From assembly GCA_965655095.1 (NCBI GenBank), contig OZ296655.1, forward strand, positions 39,990,001 to 40,054,000: DNA of 64,000 nucleotides, in the 5' to 3' direction. The stretch comes from Haplodiscus bocki. Taxonomy: Eukaryota. The position numbers and the translations under genes are program-made. Below are positions 13,601-27,149 of the stretch, one piece after another (position 1 is the first letter of the stretch; every line of letters starts with the position of its first letter). The notes beneath the pieces are model-generated. The model worked only from the letters and a program-made list of their open reading frames with translations, had not been told where the DNA came from and did no database searches.

Positions 13601-16600
13601 ATTGATAAAACATTCCGCAGTGCGTGATACATTCATTGATTCTACGATCCTTCGAAATGAAAGATTGGTGCTTTTTACTCAGCATAGGAATGCTCATTTG
13701 GACTTCAAGCTCCATTGACATACGGTCCACTTGCTCATACTGAAAGGTTAATGCATTGTGCATAGGAATGTAAAACATTTTTGACTTTTAGTTTACTCCG
13801 ATTTTGTAGGTAGACGTCTATTGAGTGAAAATTGGTTGAAATGGACTTGGTATAGCCACAAAAAATTGAAGTTTCAGGTTCTTTTGGAATGCAGTAGACG
13901 ACAATGAGTCAAAAGTTGATGCAATTTATTCAGCATAGGGACAAAAATTTGGAATCTTTGTTTTGTGACACATTCAGCAACTTTGCATTGAACGACTGAT
14001 GCTATATACACGATACATTCAAACATATTCGGACGCTTCGGTTGTTTTTGGTTATTGTAGACATACTTATAAAGAAAGAAAAATGCAATACACGTGAAAT
14101 AGGCAAACAAATTTATACTCTTCGTCTTTTTGGCTTGGCATACCCTCGACAAAATCTCAGGTAAAGTTTTATCAAACATAGAGGAAAAAGAGACACATGT
14201 TCGGAAAACTAGTGAGTTATGACTGAACGTCATTATCTAAGTGATGAACGATTGATACATTAGATGGGTAGTGGGCCACTTAGTTTGGTGTTATAGTTCG
14301 TTTTGGCAAACCGTAAACATCTCTATAAAAACGAGAACATATATGTATAAAAGGGCGCCTAGGCTGAATTGGATTACTGTGGACATCCACGAGAGTATAG
14401 GCACCGAATTCTCTGTTTCGACTATTTTGAACACCATATGAGCATCTTTTTATTGGAAATTGGTGCAATATGCGTAGATTAAGGGTTTTGATTTTGACCG
14501 TTAGTTTGTTTCAGGCCACTATATACCTCTGTTAAGTGAAATATGGATGTAGTCGACAAAGAATTAGCAAGTTATCAGGACATTGATTTATTTATGACAA
14601 CGGGTGGCATCTATAGACTGAATGATTCATTCGTGAGAAAAAGAACGATCTCAAATCTTTGGACTTTGACTTCGTTTTGTCTGACTGTAGGCATTTGTAC
14701 GTTGAAATATGGATGCGTTGTTGTATAAAGCGTATACATGTTTGGTCTCAAAGATTGATTTGGGCTTGTGTAGACCTGTATAAAAAAAATTGAGGCAGTA
14801 TGGATAGAATGGTCACCCATTATTAGACACTAGGTTTGTTTTGGTAGACTGTGAAATTCCATGTAGTCTTCGGATGATGCAATTCAAAAAGGATAGGGAT
14901 AAAATGTTCGCCTCGTGGACCGTTTTGGGCTACTGTAGTAATAAATAAACTCTCAAAAGTTAACGAGGAAAACTATTTTTATGTACACAAAATCGTTGTA
15001 GCGTAAGATACAACTGAGTTACAGAAGACACCTATATCCTTATAGTTTTTGTAAAACACTGAAAAAAGGCACGAGTGTCAGTTGTTTCATTTTTTTTGGT
15101 TATTTCGGAGCCATCTCCAAGGTGAAATATTGATACAATTTACTTCAAAGGTTTTTACAATCTTTGACTCTACGAATAAACAGGAAGACTGCAAATGCCT
15201 ATAAAGCGAAAGATTTTTTCTTTTTACTCACCATAGCAACACATATTTGTACTTTAAGTACTTTTGACAAACAGTAGACACAGTAGTCATCTCCACACCG
15301 AGTGATTGATGCGCTGTAACAAGAAAAGTTTCACAAATTCCACTGTCAGCAAACTTTGTTTTCTTTGACGTCCATTAAATGAAAAATGGATGGAATGCAA
15401 TTGGTAGAGGCACAAAAACTTGGGGTTTCTGATTTTTCTGGAAAACTGTAGACTACTAAAAAAAGAAAATTTGATACCGTATACTTAATATAGACACATG
15501 TATTTGTACTTTGGGTTTTTTCTGATGCACTTTCAGCGTCAATGGATTGGACGACTGATGCAATACTTATGAACCAATCGAAAAACGGGCTACGGTCGAC
15601 ATGCAGTTTTCGATGATTAATGCAATACGCTCAGTATAGACACCCATATTTGGTTTTTGGCCGCTTTGTACATTCTGTAGGTGTTTTTGTGTCGGAAATT
15701 GAAGCAATATACATAAGCAAAGGATGTAGATCTTGACTGTTTGTCTTTTTAGGCTACTGTAGAGATCTATATTTTGAGAAATTGATGCCTTTTGCAGTAC
15801 ATAGATTAGGTAAACATGTTCAGACACTAAAGTTTAAGTTGGCAAACTGTAAACCTCTCTATAATAAAAAATAGATGCTTCGTACGTAGAGTTTTTTTCT
15901 GGACACAAAGGTCGTTTTGGGCTACTTTAGGCATCTGTAATGTGATGATTTTTGTTTTGAGCAAAAATCATATATTTTTCGTTTTCTTCATACCTTTTTT
16001 CTTAGGAGTACCGTAGGCACCTATAAAGTGACAGATTGTCGCATTTTTTAATTCATAGGCCTAATAAAAAGAAATCTTATCTTGTTTCGTGCAATTTCAG
16101 GCAAAAATAGTGTTGCAAAAGGATGAAGTTCAATGAGCGTAGGCACACATGCTTGAACTCGTACAGTATTTTGACTTATCGTAAACCTCATCAGAAGCAA
16201 AGATTGATGCAGTTCATTTTTTTTCACAAGCAAGGTTTCAGATTGCTTTGTATTACCATAGACCTCTGACAAAGTGAAAAACTGATGCAGTTCGCCCGGA
16301 CTGGGTACTTAGATTTAAAAATTTAAAATGAATAGACCTACTTATGGTAACATTATAGTTGAACATTTGTGCAAAATACTTTCGGAAGGCATCAATATTT
16401 GGATTCTAAGAGTTTTCTGGGTTACTTTAGACATCCAAAGCTCAAAACTTAATGTAAAATAAATTGGCCCACTTAGTTGGACTCTTAGATTGTTTTGATA
16501 TTTTTCAAGGATGTGTATTTTGATGGATGGATGATTTTCCACATTATGTCGGCGTAGTTAGTTTCGTTCAGACTGTTTGGAGTAACCAAAACACATCAAG

Positions 16601-17335
16601 AGTGAATAGTTGATGAAATTTACTCATCATGGGAACAAAGATTTGAACTTTTAAGTTATACTGTAAGGCTTGGCATACTGTAAGCATCTATACAATGACA
16701 AGTTGATGCATTGTACACAAAAAAAACGCATGCATATTTGAACTCTTTGATAGTTTTGGGCTACTGTGGACATCAATGTAGTAAATGGTTGAAGCAAAAT
16801 ACTTAGTTTAACACACATATGAAGGCACTCAGTTTGTTTTGGCGTAATGTAGGCCTGTAGCTAGTGAGAGACTGATACAATGTACTTGAATTAGGCAGAC
16901 ATCTCTGGACTATCAGATTTTCTTAACATGGTTTAGGCGTCCATCTGAAGATAGATTGATGCATTAAACATGACATTGGCTCACATATTTGCACTTATAA
17001 ATTATATTTGTTAACTCTAGGTAACTTTATATTTGAATGCTGATTCTTTTAAGATAGAATAGATATGCAAAGCTGGACTCATATTCTTTTGGTTCACTAC
17101 AAACGTCTATGTAAAGGACAAAACGGAAAATGATGCGATATACCTGAATTAGGTTATCAAAAGTGAACTAGATGGTTTTTTGCTCTTTGTGCGATATGTA
17201 TGTAGTGGAGAACTGTTAAAATATACCTAGTATGAGCTTACAAATCTTAACTGTTAGATTGTATTGGCATTCAGGATCTTTCTTTGTGGTGGAGGGTTGA
17301 TGGAAAAACAGAGAACTAGTATAAACATGTAGAAT
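10660..17335. repeat. Highly diverged tandem array (satellite), ~84-bp unit, roughly 75 copies
   Basis: Recurring unit similar to ctactgtaggcatctata..gtgaaagattgatgcatt.tactcagtataggcacacatatttggact..ttgttttggg. Unit starts at 11019, 11103, 11187; TTGATGCA-like cores at 16703, 16789, 16872, 16956, 17040. Left edge is fuzzy. Confidence 0.88.
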
Positions 17336-20300
17336 CTGGTAGTCAAATGGCCCCCCTTAGGCAACCCATTTTTGGAAATTAGGTCTGATTACCTTCCCTA
17401 CATTCAGTGAACTCAGAAAGCCTTTTCCTGAGCTGTGGACCAGACATGAAAATGTTTAGCAGTTTTCAAATGCTCAAATTGAAAAAACAGTTTGAGAAAC
17501 CCACGTTTTTAAAAGGTAAGCAATTGAGAATATCAAAACAAAGTCTCTTTTGCATGAACGTACAAAAAATTTATTCGATGTTTCTAGAAGTGAATCATCC
17601 CTTGACTCTTTCGTTAGCACTTTTTTAACCTTCTTTGGTTTCCATTTCCATGAAGTCTCAATACCGCGCCGACTCGTTCATCAACCACCAAGTTTCTATT
17701 ACTTTCCTTCCAGATATAAAAAAGTCTCAATGTCAATCGAACTAACTTCAAACACACTTCCAGTTTCCGGGTAAGTATCTTGTGCTTGTTGCTTGTTCGA
17801 CTACAAACCTACTCCTCGTTGGCGTTTCTTTTATCCCTTGCGCATAAAATTCTTCGAAATTATCGTTTAACTCGGAGTCACACTTATGCTTTTAGTTGAG
17901 TCCCGAGTCCGGAAAGTCCACTGGAGAACATCGTTTCTGTTGCTTCTCAAGAATTTGTTTGTCTTTTGCAGCTTTAGAGATCAGAGATGCTAGTTGATCA
18001 TGGGCAGGGCTGGTTGGGACAGGTTTCTGTTGACCTCATTCATCCCTTGTGGGCTATTATGGTAAACCAACTTCTCCCCTTTCACTATCAGCTTGTGTTT
18101 CTTCATTAAATTTACTATCACGGCACTCATAGTGAACGACTGGGAGACATGTAAGAATCAATTATAAGCGAAGCAGCTTAGAAAGAACTTGCTGCATAGT
18201 ATTGTGATATTGATATGTATATGATCCAGTTTTGTGTTGATAGTACAAGAAGACTGAGCTGTTGTCGATGTGTTTCGGAATTGATCAAAGCTTTGCTCCT
18301 TTCCTGGGTCCTTCGTCATTACCTACGTTGTTTTTGTTTATTATACCACTGTATTTTCTACAACTTCAATTTCAGTCCATCAGTCTGCTCGATGGGTTCA
18401 TCGGCAAAACAGTCTTTGAAATTCATCGAAACCACTTTGTATTGCTTTTTATAGATTTCATCGTTTTCTAGAAGTGCTTCTTTTTTTTTGATTTTCACCA
18501 GAAAGTCTGTGTCAAAGTAGAGAACGCGACAACTTAAGTCCTTTTTTTATTTTACAGTGCAAGCGATAAATTATTGGGACGATAAGTTTTTTCAGAAACA
18601 GTAGAATCATAGTGCCCACAATCATTTTCTGTTCCATAGAAGACCCCCCCTTTTTACTAGACACAGCAGCATGGTTTTCGGCAGAAGTCTTGATTAGGTT
18701 GAACAATTGCTGCTCTGTCTCCGAAATCATTGAGCCAGCAAACGAGTTTTGAAGGAAATCTTCAGGTCACAAGAACTATTTTTTAACTGGGAAGACTTTT
18801 CAATTCGTGTTTGGACTGCTGGTGCTTGAGCGTGTTTTTTGTGTTCAAGACCTTAACCCACATTGTTCTGTGAAGTCAGGACTCCATACACTTCTGTTAT
18901 TCTTAAATTGAGTTTAAAAAAAAACTTCTACTTAATGTGGTGCATCGTGTAGTTCCAGTTGTCATGTAGGGTTTGAACCGGTTTTTTTGTATCACTCTTC
19001 GAGTCATTTTCTGTCCTTATCCTAAAACAAGTGCCCTTGCAATAGCCCGAAACTTTAAAACTCATTTTTTCAATGACGGGACCAGAGGAAAGTGACGACG
19101 AATTTCGGCGTAGTGCTGGTTCACTTCTAGAATGTGTTCGACATCAGATGTGACCGGAGTGTATCTGGTTTCTCCCAGGTGCTTCTCCATTAATTCAAAT
19201 ATCTAAACAGGCCAAGAAACTTCTGCAGTGTGACCCTTTCATGTTGTCACTTTTGGAAGTATCCTCAATGCTTGTTTTTGGAGAGACTACTCTGAAAGAC
19301 GGTGGAACTCCTCTATTCTAATCTTGTCAACTATTGAAATTTGTCAACAGATCAACTGCTGCAGTTTGCTCACAGGAAGACATTTTCAGATTATTGTGAG
19401 CATATGAGATGATGTGAACTGTCCAGTGCTTTGGTTTCATAGAAAACTCTCCCGAAATACTCAACCACACATGCTACTAGAAAACTTTCAGTTTTGGGGT
19501 AGAGTTCGTGTTAATGTTTTGTGTTTGAACGAGCACAAGTTTTGTGTACATCTTAAGCATAATTCGATCGAGTTTGTGCATCATTCTTTAGGATGTTTTC
19601 CAAGAGGCAAGTGGAAGCAGCTGCTTTTGTTTAGAGTTATCGAGCTTTTCGGAAAAGGATTTTGGCTAAAATTTTCTTTACTTGTAGAAATTTTTGTAGA
19701 TGAGCTGTACGACGACCGTAATAGCCGTCAAATAGGCTTAATTTAACCTGAGGTGAGAAGTTCGCAATTTTTTGAGTGAAGAAATCATGCGTCGCAGACT
19801 ATGAACAATCCTGAGATAGTCACAAACTGTTTCAGCGACCTAATTTTTATCATTGTTCTTTTTAGCGGATATTTCGAACGATAGACATGTATACTTTCTG
19901 TCAGATGAACGTTTGAAGTTGATCATGTAGGCACTTGTAAAAACTCTGAGACTTTTGCAAACATGTTGCGGATCATGAGTGGACAAAGAAAAAGGAAAAA
20001 GGAACAACTTGACAAATCTTCTTTTCGAATGGCAGTCGGAATAAACAAAAGGAAGGAACATTCTGTTGCAAAAACAAGGATTAATTTTTGAAATGTTTGC
20101 TGAAAGGTTTCCAACCGATCCAGCAGCTGAGGTTAATTTCTTTTCTAGGATTTTAGCGTCTGTAAAAACGGTGAACTTGTTCGAGGTAAAACGAAATTTT
20201 ACGCAGGGGACTTGTGGAACCGCCGCCATCTCTGTCAGACTTTTTTTTGACTTCTCCCAATGAAAAAACAAGGTGTCTTTCCTTCCATCCACCATTTTCA

Positions 20301-22649
20301 GCAAACAAAAACGACTCGGTTGATGAACTCCAGTTATATCAAACTTCTGTTGATGATCATTCGAGCAGCTGAATACCGGTTGAGTTAGGGGTTGTAAGTC
20401 TAATTCCCTAAATTTTGCTACAATTCAATGAGTTCTCAAATGTTTATATATTAGTTTTAGGTTGTTTGGTGAGGCATGTTTGTAACAGCAGGGTCAAAGT
20501 GTAGACAATCGGATTAGCTCGAGTTCAATCGGGTTGCCTTGTACAATTGTGAAGACTAATGCGGCATGCCCTATCTCTGCCCTCACAGCGTAGGTTTCTT
20601 TTACAGTTTGGATTAACTACCACAATTTCGTGATTACAACATCGTGATAAATTAATCGATCATCGACCACTAGTATATGAATGCCGAGCTGCACTTGATG
20701 CCGTCACTCTGTTACTCACATGGGCAGCGAGATTTCTTGTTGATATCGAAACCGCACAATTTTTCCAAGAGTCCTGGGAACTACTCCCATTTACTCCGAA
20801 GAGAATGTTTTTGTTTCTGATCGAAAATAGTTCAACTTGCAGTCATTCGTTTGCTCGAATTGGTCCATTTTATTGAAACACAACGGCATAGTACAATCTT
20901 TAATCGAATAATTCGCTGCTGGGTTCCGTGTGAGCGTGTTTGTTGACTCATGCATTTCCGCCATGATATAACTACTTTAGAAAAGCTTGGACCGTTTTTT
21001 AGGTCTCAGACAGCGGTGAAACGATGAAGGCAGCCTTTGTGTTTTTCCCGGATGAGACTTCCCAGCAATACTTGAAGTCTGCAACTCAATAGAAAAAGGA
21101 GCTAAAAACAGTCTATAATAGGGTTGCAAACAATAATTTTTACTTTTAAGTATAAAATCTCTTCAAAAATTTGATCACTTGCTCAGGCTGTTCGGGTACG
21201 TGGCACCGGCAACAGTTGCTTTACACTTTCGGAAGAACTCTTTCATGGCAATCCTCCGCGGTATATCAGTCGTGTGGCAGAAATGCTGATGGTAATCGTC
21301 TCTTCACCATTCAGTGGTTTTCAAAGGTCGATCTTGATTGTTATTTGCTACTTCATTGATTTTCAATGACGTGTGTTCCTATCTTTCAATTCACTCTAGC
21401 AACAAATGGCCTTTCAGGATATTTTTCATGAGGTCTCTTTCAGTTGACATTGGAGTAGAAAACACCTCGCGAGGTCCATTTTGGAGGTCTCCTTGGAATC
21501 CAGTGAAATTTTGTATTGATTTTTACTGGATGTTAGTGATAGCTGTGAAGAAGTTTTCTAAATTCATTTTTGGGGATAAATGCATTTTTGAGGGATACGA
21601 ATATTGAAAACAATTTTTTGTGACAGGCTTACAAAAATTGTTATTGCATTCCTGTTTGAGTTGTCGTCTCATTGGTTGATTCGACGTATTCTGCCTGTTT
21701 CTGCCGATACATTGAGCAAAAACAAGCTGATGACTGTTAAGATTGTTTTTCGCCGAGAATGGTCTTTCACCTCTGTCGCAGGCTTTCAAGACTTCTTCAC
21801 TTAAGAAGTAGGCAAATTTGATTGAAATTGTTTTAGTTCATTTTTTTGTTACTTTTGTTTTGCCCTAATTTAGTTCAAAGCGTTGGGAAAAGCCGTAGTT
21901 TCTACCATCCGTTGATTTGTCTCAGTGGAAACTGAACGAACGTTATTTTTAATTGAACGGCGATAAAAGTGGGACTGATTTTTTTCATACTTTCGTTTGA
22001 TCTGTTAGAATTAAAAACTTTTTTGGGCCCTGTCTGTTGGAGATATGAATCTGTTTTTCCATCTATTGACAGCGCCACGATCAGACCGTTCCGAAAACTG
22101 CTTGCCTTAACCAAAGAATTCTGTTGTTCAAATTGCAATTCGATCTATCATACGTCCAAGCGATGAAATTCCTAAATTTATTTTTAAAACTTGAATTTTT
22201 CGTTGCATGGTTTGCTCTGTGGAAGAGTATCGTAATGTTCCGCAACTCTACTCTGAAGCCAGAAATTTTTTTCACTCAATACTGTTGCTTTATTTTTGAA
22301 GTCGTTGGAGATGAGATTTGGTCTGCCATCAATAAGACTGACGGGACAAAAATACTTCTTTTGTCCGTCACATCATTTGTTCTGAGAGGTAGTTGCATTC
22401 AGGTTTTTATTTTTTTTGTCCCGGTGAAGTGCTCCGCGCCTAATACTTTGGCGTATTTTTGAAATGAAAGACGCACAAGTGAATAAATCAACATCTGAAA
22501 ACGGTAGCAGGGCAGTTTTTTCAGTTTTAAAAAATTTGTGTTTTGCTTATAAAGTTTTGACAATCATGATCAAACTTCAAACTATGTAGAGTTTGACTAT
22601 TAGCATTTTTCTCTTGTGAGCACAACCATGGCACCCTCACAGCATATGC

Positions 22650-23030
22650 TAATTGAAACCAACCCGTTTTGATTAGCTAATAAATGGTGTTGAAGCGTTA
22701 TAGAAACTAAACATCTAATGAGAAAAGGTTTTTTAGTAGAGGTCAGAAAATTTAAAGGAAGGCTATTGAAGAACGTTTTCAATAATTTCGTCGGTTTCAG
22801 TGTTTGCCTCGGATCACAAATGTGTTTGTAGTTTTGAGTTGATAGCTCAGGGATTTTGCAATGAGTTTTTCTACATAGTTCTCGCAGAATGGAATTCGAT
22901 GTCTTCGTCCGCTCCGCGCTCATTTTTTGCAGACGTTGTGGTGAAGAAAGTGTTGTTCTGTACCCAGAGCGGCAATTCAGCCTCTGCATAATGACCGTTG
23001 TTTCTTTAATTCAATTGCTCAGATCGGCCA
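22650..23030 (-). pseudogene. Polinton adenain-like cysteine protease remnant (tentative)
   Basis: Directly downstream of the major capsid gene. GHYAEAELPLWVQNNTFFTTTSAKNERG resembles the G-V-F-x-x-D-x-x-P...I-x-N...G-x-H-W N-terminus, but the catalytic residues are not retained. Confidence 0.35.
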
Positions 23031-23049
23031 ACCGTTTTTGGAACTAGAC

Positions 23050-24260
23050 TTTCTCGATTCAATTTTGGCATCTAATTTATTGTCCAGAATCTTTTCTTCT
23101 GAGTTTTTCGAGATGAGTCAAGGAAAGTGATTTTTAAATTAATCCTCCAAAGCTATTTCTTCCGTAATTTGCAGTCAATGCTGCAGAGAACCTTGGTTCT
23201 ACGGATTGCCATGACTTGGTAAACTTTAGGTCTAAGAAGGAATGGAAAACTTGCTGGGTGCTTGTAATGCCTGAACCTACTGAGTGTTGATTGCTAAACC
23301 ACCATAATTTCGTTCCATGTTTTTGTGGACTGACTGCCAATGCCTGCAGTAATTTCAAAAAAAGGAAGGGTATCTGTGGCTAATGGGGTCCCAACAGTGG
23401 TGTAATTCTTGTAGTTAGTATTGATCGAGTTAAATTGAGTTTATGAATAGAAAAAAGGGTTGGGTTTGTCAATTTGCCTTCGAGGAAAAATATACTGGTT
23501 TTCATGGCTTTGAAATATTCCCGGTTGATTGTATTTTCTTGATTACATTTGATGTCAGTGTAGCGACAGATTGCTGAAGACAAAAGCAATGAAACATTTT
23601 AGCTCACTGTTATTTTGCGCACACATAGATTGTCAAGATTTAATCAAATATAACAGGTTTTGGCACCGGCCTAAGACGTAAATAAAACTCGGGTCTGGTT
23701 CCGGAGAATGACAAGTGTGGTTTAACTCCACCGAAAAGATGCTTATCGGAAGCAAAACTATCTCCAGCAACGTTAACAGTTTGTGACAGTGTTGCTGATT
23801 GTCTCGTTTCTGCTTCTCAGTCTGAAAACGCTGGAGTCGTTGAATCACCGGGGTTTGTTTTCAAATTTTTGACGTTGCTTTTTGTTTATAGAAAATGCAG
23901 TCTCAAAAAACGAAATCTCTGGATAGTTTTTGTCCGGGGATGAAATTTTAATTCAATTCGCTCTAATCGGGAAGAGTGAAAACAAGGAAGTCAAGTTCCT
24001 GCTTTAAAACATTGGCATGCCTGTTTCTGTGGCATCTGCTGCGTGATAAAAGAAGCCTTTCCCATGTGATTTTGTAATTTTTTTTGTTGTTTCGTCTGAA
24101 ATAATTTGCGGATCAACAGAGTTTATTCCGATACCCGTAATGTCAATCTCCAATGTAGGACCATTGAGAAGCTTAGTCGGACCAATCTTTTCTTCCAAAC
24201 ATAAGTCAGAGGTAATCAATATTTCATGTTTCTCCATTTAGTCAAGATAGGTTTGTGAAA
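23050..24260 (-). pseudogene. Polinton major capsid protein (PY, double jelly-roll) remnant
   Basis: N-terminal EEKIGP..LNGPTLEIDITG...VDPQII; mid TSIFFLEGKLTNP..SIHKLNL; C-terminal GITSTQQ.FHSFL...SVEPRFSAALTAN resembling PY 'FDLT...E.KF..AL..N'. Many frameshifts. Confidence 0.7.
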
Positions 24261-24329
24261 CTTCGACTGGTAAAACACTCGATAACACGTTTCTCCCTTC
24301 AAAATAAATCAGACCGAGGTTTGTCTGGC

Positions 24330-24600
24330 TTTTTTTTCGTGTCATGATTCTTTTGCTTGCCCGTCCTGCAAGATGTTTCTTCATACTTTTTCTGATCTGT
24401 CAGCTTTTTTGGGATTTTGCCTTGTGTTTTAACTTCAACAGTGTCGGGTTAGTCTGATTTTGCCATTTTTCCCAAAGGAATGATCAACTGTTCGGGAAGG
24501 CGTTTTTTGCGAATGGCAAGGCAACGACGCCAACAGTGGCCACTAGTGACACAAAATCACTTCCACTTTGTCACGAAAAGCTGAGCAAAAAATGTTAACT
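24330..24600 (-). pseudogene. Polinton small basic/amphipathic PW-like protein remnant
   Basis: TVGVVALPFAKNAFP segment lying between the minor and major capsid genes, the usual PW position. Confidence 0.35.
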
Positions 24601-24629
24601 GTGCACCAATAGTGATGCAGCTCTATCAT

Positions 24630-25340
24630 CTATTGTTTTTGACTTTCAAAACTCACGCAATCATTCCTATGCCCAAAATGGATTTTTGTGCACACTCATT
24701 GAGTAGGAATTCAAGTTAAGTTCCTTCTTTTGTACTGGTATTTTTTCAACTCTAGCTCCGTTTTAAGCATTTTGTATTGTTGCTGACGTGGTTCCAAACT
24801 TCATTTAGATAATCTTTTTTCCAAACAATGATGCGCATAAGAGGCGACTTCACTCCAGCAACACGTTGTCGTTCAATAATAATTGTGCTCACACGAAACA
24901 CGTTGCTTCACGCTGTAAGATCCGGCGGGTTTCAGCTTGTAATTGGTCTTTTGTTGCCCAATTTTCCATTTTCACCAGCAAAAATGCCTTAGGGTCAGTT
25001 TTTATTGGGTCCTTCATTGAAAACATGAACATCCAACACACATCGGGTTCAAAAAATGACTCCAAAGTTTTCCTCAAACTTCAGTTCCACAAAGGTTTGC
25101 TCCCTCAACAAATCGAAGTGCAGAGGATTTAAAATGCGGCTCCCTGCTTTACTGCACTACTCAAACCAGAGTTCCAAAGTGACCTGCTGGGAAAGTTTCG
25201 TTGTCCTTCCAATCCTCTCTGCTCAGTTGAATACGAACGTCGATTGCCTTCGGAAAAGTTACAGATGTTAGGAAAGTGAAGATGTTGTAACTGTTTGTTC
25301 AACGTTTTCAATGCCGATTGGATATACATGTTCCGTTCAT
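24630..25340 (-). pseudogene. Polinton minor capsid/penton (PX) remnant
   Basis: ~24820-24890 reads STIIIERQRVAGVKSPLMRII (PX motif I-I-E-x-Q-x-V-G-D-x-x-A-P-L-L-R); N-terminal HFPNICNFSEGN; C-terminal ILGIGMIA*VLKVK. Confidence 0.65.
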
Positions 25341-25399
25341 GTACTTGTAGCAGTACAGGAAAACTTGCTAATCAGTTCCGATTGAGTTGAATGTGCTCT

Positions 25400-26260
25400 C
25401 GAAAATCCAAAAGCTGCCATTGTGCTTTTGTTATAGCGTCCATCAGTTCGTTTTATCAGATTTTCCAGTAATATCGGATAAATTGAACGACCGAGGGATG
25501 GAAATTGGAATTTGTCTATTTTGACTTTTCGGTTTTTAAGTTTTGCTATGACCTTTCTGGAGTGGAACTTTTCTGCAGTCGCCTCTATTGCAAAACGCAC
25601 TGTGTTTCTAATATGGAAACGCGTTTAGTGACGATCTTTTTGATTTTTCTGCAGCCTTGGCTCGCAATTAAAAGACACATTTTGGAGGCCATTTTTTAAA
25701 ATAGTTACTACTTTCGAGCGTGAAATGATGGTACCAAGGGATGATTGCGGTTTTTTAATTCAATCAATTCACTCGTCTTCCAACTATTTGTATGTTGTTT
25801 TTGATTCTAACTTGCTTTTGTATAACTGTGTACAATCGTTTTTCGCAGAGTTGTTGATTTGTACATTCGAACTTAGTGCTTTTGTCGGACTGTCTTTCTT
25901 GAGGCCTGTTGCTCCCAATGATTATCCTGAAAAATTTGGTGAAACTACCAAATAGCGTGAAAGAACATCTGCTTCAATGAAAAAAATTTACCCCGTTGTT
26001 AAAACTGGCTGGTTTGTCCGCAGAGACTGTATCAACTGACCAAAGACACTCCAATTTGTAGGCAATCATTTTGTGGCCTCGAAAATTACGACTGATCTGT
26101 TGATAGTTTCTATGCACAATTTTGCCTTGTAGAAATCAAACCACACTTTTGAGTATAAATTTTGAAACTTGGTGTAAGCTGGGAACACTTTCGTGATCAA
26201 CTGCTTCTTCACTTCAAATAAGATTTTTTTCATGTCTCGAGATGTTCCACATCGTTTTTG
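25400..26260 (-). pseudogene. Polinton retroviral-like (rve) integrase remnant
   Basis: Manual translation: LWSVDTVSADKPASFNNGVNF/FIEADVLSRYLVVSP...NRPQERQSDKSTKF, matching W-x-x-D-L...N-G-x-K-Y-L-L-x-x-x-D-V-L-S-R...D-K-G-T-E-F; C-terminal VPLQKGH...IPISIPRSFNLSDITG. Confidence 0.75.
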
Positions 26261-27149
26261 ATGTTGTATTCCTGTGTTTTTGCTAGGTTGCTGGCTTTTT
26301 TGAAGTCTTGATTGATGCAGTTTGTTTGGGAAGTTTTGATTTGCCCGAAGCAACTTGTTTCTTTGATATGTTTAATCATTCGTTTCGCTGCAGAAATTGC
26401 AACCAACTGATGGGTATGGTTTATTGTTTCTGCACCTACTTTGTAATTGGGATCCTGTTAAAAATTTTTATTTCGTTGCTTGTTGTAGAATGTTGATGTT
26501 ACATTAGTTGAAGTAACTGTACTTCCAACCTTGAGCATGCCGTTTTCGTTGATGGATACAATGAATGCATCTTCAACAAATTCTTCAGTTTAGCGTGGAA
26601 TCGGTTTCTTGTTGTCTTTATGGGCGCAATTGAGCCCAGAAAATGATTTCAAAACAAGTTTTTGGAAACCTTCCGCTTTGTTTTGCTCTTTAATCTCAGT
26701 CTCCTCGGTTTTTTCTGAGTTGTCGTATTCTAACGGTTGACGCTGTTAAGTAAGATTGACATCTTTTGTTCTACCATTAGCAGTTCGGTCATGCAAATCT
26801 TTCAACGCTTTTGGCCAATTTCCTCGAAGACGTTTTCGGGAATGAAAACACACTCTTGTGCAACATTTAGTTTCGGCCGAAAATTAACAGGAACGACCAA
26901 ATATCTTCAACAATTTTGATTCTTTGGAATATGATGACACTTCATGCTTATTTTTTGTTGGAAATGAGGCACGGCCGATTTTTCGTTCCTTTTCTGAAGG
27001 AAATAGGTTGTTCACATCAAGGGGATTCTTACGATTTTTAATCCTAGGCCACATTCGCATGGCAGTTTGACTGTTGAGTCAAGACATTGATCCAAAATGT
27101 TCCAACCCTTTCTCCGTTGTTTGCTTTTTGGCCAGCGCTTCCGTATACG

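Noticed and set aside
10660-17335. CRISPR-like array
   Set aside because: Units are homologous along their whole length and diverged; there is no conserved repeat plus unique spacer pattern, no cas genes, and the context is eukaryotic.
10660-17335. C2H2 zinc-finger or LRR gene suggested by the 84-bp (28-codon) period
   Set aside because: No C-x2-C...H-x3-H, TGEKP linker or LxxLxL pattern in any consensus frame.
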